A DNA stretch of 64,000 nt from Spirochaetales bacterium (GTDB lineage: Bacteria; Spirochaetota; Spirochaetia; JABEVK01), in contig JBAXAI010000019.1 of NCBI GenBank assembly GCA_037142615.1, forward strand, positions 8,878 through 72,877, written 5' to 3'. The notes under the pieces were generated by a model, which did no database searches, had not been told where the DNA came from, and saw only the letters and a program-made list of their open reading frames with translations. Made by a program: the position numbers and the translations under genes. Of the stretch, positions 55,977-64,000 are shown piece after piece; position 1 is the first letter of the stretch, and the number at the start of each line of letters is the position of its first letter.

Positions 55977-57071
55977 ATGAAAACCTACAGATGGGGACTC
56001 CTTTCAGGTCTCTTTTGGCTGGTCACGGTGCTCCCGGCGCAGACCGAGGCCAGCGTTGTGCTCGACGACGGTCGCCTGACCCGGTGGGATTGGGGCATCC
56101 GCGCCGAGGCCTTCAGCGCGCGGCTCTGGGGCCGCGAGGGTGGTTGGGCCAGTGGAGGCGTCGAACTCGGCCCTGTCCTTCTCGGGCCCTTGCAGTCACG
56201 CTGGGGTAAGGACTCAACGTGGCAATGGACGCTGGACACGCGGGCCCTCCCGGGAACCTGGGCCGCAGCCTGGCAGGGGCTCGGACCCTTGGAACTCTGG
56301 TTTGCTCAGAATCCCGAGGCCGTTCGGGCCGGCGGCCAGTTCGTTTGGGCGGGGGAACTGGGCTCCTTGGCGGCGGGCTGGGACCATCGATGGGGCGCTG
56401 ACGAGACGTTCAGGGCGCAGGTGGCATGGACGCCCGCCAACGCTGAAGTCAGGGGCCGCGTGCAGGCGGCGCTTTCCAGCGGCCTCCCGTCGTGGTCGGC
56501 CCGGGTGGACAGCAAACTTTCGGCACCCCTCGCGGGTCAGGACTTCCGGGTCACGGCTCAAATCGACTGGCCGGAAGGACTGTCGACCGGTTGGGGCCCA
56601 CCGACCGCTGCCGTTTCCGGCCGTTGGTCGGGACTTCACGCCCAAGCCGATGGGCCCTTGGCTGGGCTCGACGCTTGGAATGGCCAGGCAGGGCTCGAAG
56701 GCCGTTGGCTGGGATGGTCGGGCGGAGTTGACCTCGTGCGTTCCAGCACTTTCGCGTGGGGCTGCGCCGTTCGGGTGAACTGGAGCGGCGGGCCGACAGC
56801 CCTGGAACTCGCGGCGAGTAGGCCCTGGAACGCTGGGCCGTGGGAGGCCCAGGTGGCGGGAACCTGGAAGGACTCCTTGGCCCTTTGGAAGCTTCAGACC
56901 GGCTGGAAGGGAAAACTGACCACCCCGGAAGTCGAAGGGGAGCTGAAGTTTTCCTGGAAGCAAAAGGAAGGTCCCTGGAACGTTGAGCTGGCCCTGACCG
57001 CCCCTCGTTTGGCCACCGAGTGGTTCGGCCCCGACAACCATACCCGCCTCACGGTATCGACTCAGTGGTGA
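55977..57071 (+). CDS. Trp/Gly-rich secreted protein, putative outer-membrane beta-barrel
   Basis: Signal-like N-terminus; amphipathic beta patterns; terminal aromatic (RLTVSTQW). Confidence 0.55.
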   Translation: MKTYRWGLLSGLFWLVTVLPAQTEASVVLDDGRLTRWDWGIRAEAFSARLWGREGGWASGGVELGPVLLGPLQSRWGKDSTWQWTLDTRALPGTWAAAWQGLGPLELWFAQNPEAVRAGGQFVWAGELGSLAAGWDHRWGADETFRAQVAWTPANAEVRGRVQAALSSGLPSWSARVDSKLSAPLAGQDFRVTAQIDWPEGLSTGWGPPTAAVSGRWSGLHAQADGPLAGLDAWNGQAGLEGRWLGWSGGVDLVRSSTFAWGCAVRVNWSGGPTALELAASRPWNAGPWEAQVAGTWKDSLALWKLQTGWKGKLTTPEVEGELKFSWKQKEGPWNVELALTAPRLATEWFGPDNHTRLTVSTQW

Positions 57072-57076
57072 GGCGT

Positions 57077-58000
57077 TTACCACTGGCCGCTGTACAGAAC
57101 CTCTTCTTCGAGCAGGAAACCGGTCTGGCGGTACACCCTTGCCTTCACCTCGTCGATCAGACTGCGAATATCGGCGGCCAGAGCACCTCCTTCGTTGACG
57201 ATGATGTTGGCGTGCCAGGCGGACACAACGGCCTTGCCGCAGCGCAAACCCTTGAGACCGCAGCGGTCGATCAGCACGCCGCTCGGCGCCCCGAAAGCGT
57301 GGTTGTTCTTGAACACGCTTCCGGCGCAGGGGGCACGGAAGTGCCCCTTGTCCGTGCGGTCCTTTTCATTGGCCGTCATGACGCCCTCGACCATGCTGCT
57401 GGCCATCGGACGCGTACGGAAACGAGCCGCGACGATAATCCAATCCTTGCCTTGAAACGGGGAAAGCTTGTACGACCAGTCTTTGGCTTCGAACCCGATG
57501 GTACGCAGTTGGTTGTCCTCGTCCAGGATATCGACGCTCTCGACAACCGAGGCGATCTCGGCACCGTAGCAGCGGGCGTTCATCCAGACGGCCCCGCCAA
57601 CGGTGCTCGGCATCGCATTCAGGAACTCCAGACAGCTGAAGGAATTGTCGCGGCCAATTCTGGCGGCCTCGCTGACGTCCATCCCGGCTGCGAGGGTCAA
57701 AAGCCCGGCGTTGTGGCTCCAGCCTGTCAGGTGCGACGTTCCCAAAGTGATCCCCCGTATCCCCTGGTCAGAGATCAGAAGATTGGCTCCGCGACCGAGG
57801 AGTGTCACCTCCAGACCCTGCTCCCGCGCCAGCTTGCGCACCGCGCAAACCTCACTCACCGACTCGGGAAAAACCAGGACATCGGCGGGTCCACCCGTGC
57901 GGAAGGTGCAGTATTCTGCCAACGGTTCGTCGGCCTTCCAACCGCCCTTCAGGTTGCACTTTGCCAGCATTTCGTCTATCTTGTTCCCGTGTTGCGACAT
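57077..58000 (-). CDS. murB: UDP-N-acetylenolpyruvoylglucosamine reductase
   Basis: TFRTGGPAD, GRGANLL, GGAVWMNA, AGSVFKN, HANII, LEEEV. Confidence 0.96.
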   Translation of the reverse strand: MSQHGNKIDEMLAKCNLKGGWKADEPLAEYCTFRTGGPADVLVFPESVSEVCAVRKLAREQGLEVTLLGRGANLLISDQGIRGITLGTSHLTGWSHNAGLLTLAAGMDVSEAARIGRDNSFSCLEFLNAMPSTVGGAVWMNARCYGAEIASVVESVDILDEDNQLRTIGFEAKDWSYKLSPFQGKDWIIVAARFRTRPMASSMVEGVMTANEKDRTDKGHFRAPCAGSVFKNNHAFGAPSGVLIDRCGLKGLRCGKAVVSAWHANIIVNEGGALAADIRSLIDEVKARVYRQTGFLLEEEVLYSGQW

Positions 58001-58035
58001 GCGACCATCCTAGCCTTGGGAGCCTTTCCTTGTCC

Positions 58036-59430
58036 ATGAAACTGTACAATTCTGCCGACCGCCGACTCGTTGATTTCGTGCCGCTGGAGCCGGGAAAGGT
58101 GTCGATGTACTGCTGCGGACCCACGGTGTACAACTACGCGCATGTGGGCAATTTCCGCGCCTTCCTGTTCGAGGATTTTCTGAGGCGGACCCTCGCCGGG
58201 GCTGGATACTCGGTTACCCACGTGATGAACGTCACCGATGTGGGCCACCTCACCGACGACGGCGATCAGGGCGAAGACAAGATGCTCAAGGGGGCCCGCG
58301 AATCGGGCAAGACCGTTTGGGACGTCGCCCGGTTCTACACCGAGGCGTTCTTTCTGGATTCGGCTCGGCTGAACCTTCTGCGCCCGACGATTGTCGCTCC
58401 AGCCACCGACCACATTCCCCAGATGATTGCGCTGATTGAGCGCCTGCAGGGGCGTGGTCTGACCTACCAAGCCGGCGGCAACGTGTATTTCAATACCGGC
58501 GAGTTTCCTGACTACGGCAAAATGGCGCTCCTTGATCGCCAAGAGGCCCCCGCGATAAGCCGGGTTGATGCTGATGCCGGCAAGAAGAATCCCCGCGATT
58601 TTGTCCTTTGGTTCACTCAGTCCAAGTTCGAGGGCCAGGCGATGACTTGGGACTCGCCCTGGGGGCGTGGCTACCCCGGATGGCACATCGAATGCTCGGC
58701 CATGGGCATTCACCACCTGGGCGAACGCTTCGACATTCACTGCGGCGGCATCGACCACATTCCTGTTCACCACACGAACGAGATCGCCCAGAGCGAGGGT
58801 GCCTTGGGTCACAAGTGGGTCAATTACTGGCTTCACAACGAGTTCCTTTTGACCGGCAAAGACAAGATGTCCAAGTCGAGCGGCGAGTTTCTCACTGTTC
58901 AATTGCTCATCGAAAAGGGCTATGACCCCTTGGACTACCGATTTTTCTGCTTTGGTGCCCACTACCGCAGTGCGCTGACCTTCACTTGGGAGGCGCTCGA
59001 CGGTGCCCGCAACGCCCGTCGCAACCTGACCGAGAAAGTTCTGGAGTGGAAGACTTTGGAGTCTGCGGCCACCGTTGGCGCGGCCTCTCAACCCCATTTG
59101 GACGCCTGGAGGGCGGCGCTCGAGAACGACCTGTCGACCCCGATGGCTCTCGCGTCCCTTTGGGCGCTCGTCAAGGACCCTGCCATTGGCCCGGCCGAGA
59201 AGCTGGCCGCGTTGTTCGAAATGGATGCGGTCCTGGGCCTCGGTCTGGCTACCCTTGAGGTTGCCGTCGCAGAAACCGCGCCCTCTGCGGTGCTTGTCCT
59301 GGCGGCCGAGCGGGCTGAGGTGCGCCGCGCCAAGAACTTCGCCCGCTCCGACGAGATCCGCGACGAACTGAGGGCGCTGGGCTGGGCGGTCACCGATACG
59401 CCTGCGGGTCCGCAGCTCAAGAAACTGTGA
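58036..59430 (+). CDS. cysS: Cysteine--tRNA ligase
   Basis: CGPTVY, HVGN, PGWHIECS, HHTNE, KMSKS. Confidence 0.97.
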   Translation: MKLYNSADRRLVDFVPLEPGKVSMYCCGPTVYNYAHVGNFRAFLFEDFLRRTLAGAGYSVTHVMNVTDVGHLTDDGDQGEDKMLKGARESGKTVWDVARFYTEAFFLDSARLNLLRPTIVAPATDHIPQMIALIERLQGRGLTYQAGGNVYFNTGEFPDYGKMALLDRQEAPAISRVDADAGKKNPRDFVLWFTQSKFEGQAMTWDSPWGRGYPGWHIECSAMGIHHLGERFDIHCGGIDHIPVHHTNEIAQSEGALGHKWVNYWLHNEFLLTGKDKMSKSSGEFLTVQLLIEKGYDPLDYRFFCFGAHYRSALTFTWEALDGARNARRNLTEKVLEWKTLESAATVGAASQPHLDAWRAALENDLSTPMALASLWALVKDPAIGPAEKLAALFEMDAVLGLGLATLEVAVAETAPSAVLVLAAERAEVRRAKNFARSDEIRDELRALGWAVTDTPAGPQLKKL

Positions 59431-59443
59431 GGATCCTTGTAAC

Positions 59444-59986
59444 GTGAAGTCCTTCCTGCTGTTTTCCATCACAGGCGATGCCAACTCTGCCGGCACGTTC
59501 CAGCGGGTCTACGAGGCCTGGTTCCCGTTGCTGTTTCGGATTGTGTACCGCATGGTGGGCAAGCGGGAGGCCGCTGAGGAGATCGTGCAGGAAGCGTTCA
59601 TCAAGTACTACGAGCGGCGCGAACAGTTGCCCACCGACGATGGACTGAAATACTGGCTGATCCGCGTCGTTCGCAACTTGGCGCTGAACTACGAGAAGCG
59701 CCGGGGCAGGGAACGGCGTGCGTTGGAAAGGGTCTTCCACGAACCAGCTCCCCGGTCGCAGCCCGCAGCCCTCGAGACACTCGTGTCAGCCGAGTTGACC
59801 GAAGACGTCCAGGCTGCGCTACTCCGGCTTCCCACTAAGTTAAGGGAAGTTCTTGTACTGAAGGAATATACAGGTTTTGCCTACGCCGAAATCGGCAAAA
59901 TGCTTTCGATCACCGAAGGTAACGTGAAGGTGAGAGTCTTCCGGGCTCGGACGCAACTGGCCAAGCTTCTAAAGGAGGTTCTATGA
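59444..59986 (+). CDS. ECF sigma factor
   Basis: AEEIVQEAF, WLIRVVRN, YAEIGKMLSITEGNVKVRVFRAR. Confidence 0.92.
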   Translation: MKSFLLFSITGDANSAGTFQRVYEAWFPLLFRIVYRMVGKREAAEEIVQEAFIKYYERREQLPTDDGLKYWLIRVVRNLALNYEKRRGRERRALERVFHEPAPRSQPAALETLVSAELTEDVQAALLRLPTKLREVLVLKEYTGFAYAEIGKMLSITEGNVKVRVFRARTQLAKLLKEVL

Positions 59987-60423
59987 ATCCGAAGATGCTT
60001 ATTTCCGCGCATGTCGACCACGAGGTCGAAGCTCCATGGAAGGACCGCCTTGAGGAGCTTCTGGAAACTCATCCCGAATGGCGAGAGGAAGAAGCGCTCC
60101 ACCGGAAAGTCAAAAATGCCTTGGCAGCGGCTGAAGTTTCCGGCGAGGCCCAGTCTCAGGCCGCCGTCTGGTCGAGACTCCAGGCCTCCCTTTCACCGCC
60201 AGAAGCCGTAAGGAGTCCCTTCGTCTGGTGGTCGTACCCCGCGGCGGCGGCCGTCCTGGCTCTCGTCTTGGGGGCTGGCTTCTGGCTGGGGTCGCATTCC
60301 GCGCCCGTTGCAGGCGCCAGCGTCGCCGAAATTCAGGTTGAGGTCCCAGGCGGGTTCAACCTTCAACTCAGCGGTGAGGGACAGTTGCTCAAGGTATCGA
60401 CCCTGCAAGGGGGAGCCCCCTGA
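59983..60423 (+). CDS. Anti-sigma factor (single TM)
   Basis: LISAHVDHE N-terminus plus one TM; coupled to the ECF sigma. Confidence 0.75.
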   Translation: MNPKMLISAHVDHEVEAPWKDRLEELLETHPEWREEEALHRKVKNALAAAEVSGEAQSQAAVWSRLQASLSPPEAVRSPFVWWSYPAAAAVLALVLGAGFWLGSHSAPVAGASVAEIQVEVPGGFNLQLSGEGQLLKVSTLQGGAP

Positions 60424-60875
60424 AACACGGCCGCTCGCTGGTCCTTTTGGGACTTTTCCTGCTCGCCGGGCAAACCTTGTCCGGCCAGGATCAGCCCCTG
60501 CTGCGCGTAACGGTGGTTCCCCAGATTTTGGACTCGTCTGTGCAGGTTGTCTGGGAACAGACCTTGACCCAGGACACCACAGCTGGGCGCCCGGTCGTGG
60601 TCAATCTTCAGATTGGGAACCTTCAGATCCGCCTGACGATCACGCCCTTTGACGCACCCGACGACCAGTTTCTCCTGGTGGTGCAAAGTCTTGTGAGGCA
60701 AGCTGACGCCTCTGGGGCCAAGTTGCGTACTGCGGTGCAGTCTCTTTTGATCCCTGCCGGTGAGGCGGTCATGTATTTCCCCTTCGGCCGCGAAAGGTCG
60801 ACCAACTCGGCGCCGAACTCGACCCCTTGGCACCAAATGCAGGTCGAAATCCGACTTCAGCCGGTTGCGCAGTGA
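60420..60875 (+). CDS. Secreted hypothetical beta-rich protein
   Basis: In-frame CTG at 60420 after GGGGAG gives signal peptide MKHGRSLVLLGLFLLAG. Confidence 0.65.
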   Translation: MKHGRSLVLLGLFLLAGQTLSGQDQPLLRVTVVPQILDSSVQVVWEQTLTQDTTAGRPVVVNLQIGNLQIRLTITPFDAPDDQFLLVVQSLVRQADASGAKLRTAVQSLLIPAGEAVMYFPFGRERSTNSAPNSTPWHQMQVEIRLQPVAQ

Positions 60876-62446
60876 CAGCACTCCTCCAGCGTTTTCGACC
60901 CCGAGAGGTGAAGTCCTCGTTCCGTCGCCAGTGGCCCCTGGCTGTTTTGGTTCTTCTTGCATTGGTGTTTGGCCTGATGCTTCTGTTCTCGCGCAAGGCG
61001 CCTGTGATTTCGAGCATCGAACCGGCGATGGCCGCACCGGGTGAGGTGGTTACTCTCACCGGTGATTACTTTGGACGTACCGCCCGCGAGGGGCAACTCA
61101 TGCTCTCGGGTCTGACTCCGCCACCTTCGGATATCGTGGAATGGGGTGACCAGAAGATCGTTTTTCAGGTTCCTGTGGACGCTCCATCCGGTCTGGTCAC
61201 GGTCTCAAATACCCAGGGTACGAGTTCCAGCGTGCTTTTTACCAACACGCTCACGATTCCAACCGTCCTCAAGACGCGGGCCGAGTCGGTTCCACTCGAG
61301 ATTACCTATGGGCTCCCGTCTCAGCCTCTAGCGGGATCGCTGGTCAGTCTCGGGGGAAGGGGCTTCGGTCGCGGCGAAAGCGGCTCGTGGCTGGAGTTTG
61401 CCGCAAACAACGGTGGACCGGTCCACCGCCTTCTGCCCCTTCAAACTGAACAGTGGTCGGACCAGATGATCCGCTTCGTGTTACCTGCCGGCTTGGGTGG
61501 CGATGCCACAGTCTCGGTACACCTTCTGCAGGGACAAAGCACCGCTTACGCGCTGCAAGCGGTCTCGCCTCTCTCGTACGAGCAGCCACGCACCGTTTCG
61601 CTGGAGTTTCCTGTAACCGTGCCCTACGTGTCGGGAACCGGTTCGCTGGTGATCTTTTCCCCACTTCCTGGCGCTGAAGTGGGTCTGGAGGTTCAGGGAA
61701 GCCCCGACGAGAATCTTCGCTGGACCTCCGTTAGTGCCTCGACTGAGGCGACTTGGAAAGTGACTGTCACCACCTTGGCCCACCGCTGGACCGGTTGGCC
61801 CGCCGGTCAGGTCATTCCTCTGGAACTTCAAACCTCCCCTGTGGCAGAACCCCTCCCTGCGGTACCTTGGAAGGCCCAGACGGCCGCGCTCAAGGCACTC
61901 GCCTCGGGATGGGGGCTCGATTTTCCCGACCAGTTTCTCCGGGCGAAGCGGCTGGCGGCTGGCCTCAGGCTATCCTTTCACCGGGGGGCGACGAGCTTGG
62001 AGACCCAGAACTCCGGGGCGTCTCTTCTCGCTAGCCGACGGCTCAATCCTTGGGAAGCCGCGACCTTGATGGCCTTCTGGGGGCGGCAGTCCGGACTGGG
62101 GACCCGCCTGGTCAATGGTTTGCTCCTCGGGGATGGCACGGTGCGTCCGCACGCCTGGGTGCAGGTCTGGATCGGCGGAGCCGGCTGGCTTGACGTCGAT
62201 CCATGGCAGCTTCTCGACTCCGAGGAAGGGATTCTCGATCAGGAGTTCGGCAGCCTCGATAGCCGCCACCTGGCATGGGCCGTCGCGGCGGCTCATCCAC
62301 CGCGACGCGAACCGAAATCGAGGACTGTCAGCGGACGCGTAGACTTTGCCTCGCAGACCCTTCTGGCGGAAGTCACTGGTACGCTTGAGATCCTTCCACC
62401 CGAGTGGGGTTCACCCCGTGTAGTTTCGTCCGGGAGGTCTCCTTGA
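60872..62446 (+). CDS. IPT/TIG-domain plus transglutaminase-like protein
   Basis: N-terminal TM; PVISSIEP..PGEVVTLTGDYFG..WGDQKI (two IPT repeats); HAWVQVWI..GWLDVDP. Confidence 0.8.
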   Translation: MTALLQRFRPREVKSSFRRQWPLAVLVLLALVFGLMLLFSRKAPVISSIEPAMAAPGEVVTLTGDYFGRTAREGQLMLSGLTPPPSDIVEWGDQKIVFQVPVDAPSGLVTVSNTQGTSSSVLFTNTLTIPTVLKTRAESVPLEITYGLPSQPLAGSLVSLGGRGFGRGESGSWLEFAANNGGPVHRLLPLQTEQWSDQMIRFVLPAGLGGDATVSVHLLQGQSTAYALQAVSPLSYEQPRTVSLEFPVTVPYVSGTGSLVIFSPLPGAEVGLEVQGSPDENLRWTSVSASTEATWKVTVTTLAHRWTGWPAGQVIPLELQTSPVAEPLPAVPWKAQTAALKALASGWGLDFPDQFLRAKRLAAGLRLSFHRGATSLETQNSGASLLASRRLNPWEAATLMAFWGRQSGLGTRLVNGLLLGDGTVRPHAWVQVWIGGAGWLDVDPWQLLDSEEGILDQEFGSLDSRHLAWAVAAAHPPRREPKSRTVSGRVDFASQTLLAEVTGTLEILPPEWGSPRVVSSGRSP

Positions 62447-62451
62447 GTTTG

Positions 62452-62480
62452 TTGACAGGCCCCGGCACCGTCCCTATACT
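62452..62480 (+). promoter_or_regulatory. sigma70 promoter
   Basis: TTGACA-N17-TATACT. Confidence 0.8.
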
Positions 62481-62509
62481 GATTGACAAGGTGGGGCGCC
62501 AGAGCATCT

Positions 62510-63742
62510 ATGGATAATCCTTTACAGCTCCAGCTCGTGAACTTCAAGAAGGACGCCTACATCATCGTCGAAGGAAAATCCAACGCGGATTACTTCTACA
62601 TCCTTCGATCGGGGAAAGTCCGTATCAGCAAGGAAGTCCAGGTGGTGGCAGAAGATGACCAAGCTGCTTTGCAGCCCGGTGACTTCTTTGGGGTCGTGTC
62701 CACAATGAGTTCCCATTCCCACATCGAAACAACTCAGGCACTCACCGACGTTTCGCTGATTCAGGTGCACCGTGATCAGTATGGTGTGCTCATTGAGCGC
62801 AATGCGCCGGTTGCCATGAAGATCATCCAGGGCTTTTCCAAGAAGGTTCGCTATCTCGACGAGGCGCTCACCAAGCTGACTTTCAAGAACTCCTCCGAAG
62901 GTGACGCCTCACACCTGTTCAGCGTGGCCGAGTACTACGCCAAGCAGAGCAAGTACAACCAGGCGTTCTTTGCCTACTACCAGTACATCAAGGCGAATCC
63001 CCAGGGTGAACAGACGGCGACTGCCAAGGACCGAATGGGAAAGATCAAGCCCTACGCCAAGGTCGCCTTCCTCGAACCTCCAGAGGACGTGTTCACCCGC
63101 TCGTATCCCAAGGACACCATGATCTTTGCCGAAGGTCAGAACGGGCAGGAGATGTACATCATCCAAAAGGGTCAGGTGAAAATCTCCAAGATTGTCGGCG
63201 ACAAAGAGGTGTTGCTCGCGATTCTCAAGGCCGGCGATATCTTCGGCGAAATGTCGCTCATCGAAAACAAGGCCCGATCTGCCTCGGCCGACGCCTACGA
63301 GGATGCTGTCCTGCTGGCGGTCAACCGCGCCAATTTTCAGCGCATGGTTACCACTCAACCTCAAATCATTACCCGTCTCACCACCCTTTTGGCGGAGCGT
63401 ATCTGGTCGCTTTATCGCCAACTGTACAACGCCACCCTCGAGAATCCTGTCGGCAGGCTGTTCGACGCCCTGCAGTTGCAGATGGAAAAGGCCCGGGTAG
63501 TTCTCAAGCCTGGCGTGTCCTATACCTTTGCTTTCGGACCCAAGGATCTCCTGAACATGGTTGGGTTCTCGAGCGCCGAGGGAAACATCTTCATCAAGGA
63601 AATGATGACGTCGCAAGGTTTCAAGCTGGTGGACAACAAGATCTATGTTCAAGACATGACCGAAGTCGAGCGGCAGGCCAAGTACTTCCGCAAGATGGAT
63701 AGGCTGAACAAGAACCGCGCCGAAGCCAAATCCCAGCGTTGA
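62510..63742 (+). CDS. Double cyclic-nucleotide-binding domain protein (Crp/Fnr-like) with TPR-like linker
   Basis: PGDFFG and GDIFGEMS...RSASA; AFFAYYQYIKANPQG linker. Confidence 0.88.
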   Translation: MDNPLQLQLVNFKKDAYIIVEGKSNADYFYILRSGKVRISKEVQVVAEDDQAALQPGDFFGVVSTMSSHSHIETTQALTDVSLIQVHRDQYGVLIERNAPVAMKIIQGFSKKVRYLDEALTKLTFKNSSEGDASHLFSVAEYYAKQSKYNQAFFAYYQYIKANPQGEQTATAKDRMGKIKPYAKVAFLEPPEDVFTRSYPKDTMIFAEGQNGQEMYIIQKGQVKISKIVGDKEVLLAILKAGDIFGEMSLIENKARSASADAYEDAVLLAVNRANFQRMVTTQPQIITRLTTLLAERIWSLYRQLYNATLENPVGRLFDALQLQMEKARVVLKPGVSYTFAFGPKDLLNMVGFSSAEGNIFIKEMMTSQGFKLVDNKIYVQDMTEVERQAKYFRKMDRLNKNRAEAKSQR

Positions 63743-63754
63743 GGCTCGGATGCC

Positions 63755-63850
63755 GCCGTTTTGGCGTCGTCTCGCTCGGTTCCGGTCCTCACCGTACTTT
63801 CCAGTACGGCTCCGGTCCTCATCCTCGCTCGACTTAGCCAAAACGACGGC
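63755..63850. repeat. MITE/REP-like imperfect palindromic element
   Basis: GCCGTTTTGGC...GCCAAAACGACGGC arms; central CCGTAC-TTTCCA-GTACGG; direct repeats TCCGGTCCTCA (63781, 63811). Confidence 0.6.
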
Positions 63851-63905
63851 CTCCTTCGCCACGCGTCAAAGGCCACCAGTGGGCCCTGAGAGGGCCTTTG
63901 CGTTA

Positions 63906-64000
63906 CAACATCGCTTCGCTTGTTGCGGCTTGCACCTTTGGAGCTCAACATCGCTTCGCTTGTTGCGGCTTGCACCTTTGGAGCTCAACATCGCTTCGCT
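63906..64000. repeat. Exact 40-bp tandem repeat (2 full copies plus a partial, truncated by window end)
   Basis: CAACATCGCTTCGCTTGTTGCGGCTTGCACCTTTGGAGCT at 63906, 63946 and 63986 (partial). Confidence 0.93.

Noticed and set aside
63906-64000. CRISPR array (given the cas2-like gene)
   Set aside because: Units are fully identical with no unique spacers, no AT-rich leader is visible, and cas2 is about 35 kb away with no cas1

Overview
GC-rich core-chromosome region of a spirochaete, inferred from two FlaB flagellins starting MIINHNMSA, flaG-fliD, and spirochaete-type gene orders (tsaE-tsaB; ftsY-hypothetical-lolCDE; murB/cysS-ECF sigma). It is densely coding. Identified genes include a queuosine-precursor transporter under a candidate preQ1-I riboswitch, an MrfAB-like repair pair, a group-2 (RpoS-like) sigma factor behind a consensus sigma54 promoter, tsaD/B/E, a reduced and degenerate Rnf-like cluster, an orphan Cas2-like gene directly upstream of the frameshifted prfB, uvrD, an argR-C-B-D-(hyp)-G operon with tandem ARG boxes, cell-wall enzymes, ackA, murB, cysS, an ECF sigma/anti-sigma operon and a double cNMP-binding protein. 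The window ends in a MITE/REP-like palindrome and an exact 40-bp tandem repeat that runs off the edge. I saw no rRNA, tRNA, transposase, prophage or CRISPR array. The best leads are: an unannotated 47-aa protein ending in the ribonucleotide-reductase C-terminal tail motif (CLIEDPDCEACQ), the sigma54-to-RpoS-like cascade, the leaderless solo cas2-prfB unit, several apparent pseudo-enzymes, and many apparently leaderless or non-canonical translation starts. All family calls are motif recognition by eye, and no database searches were run.
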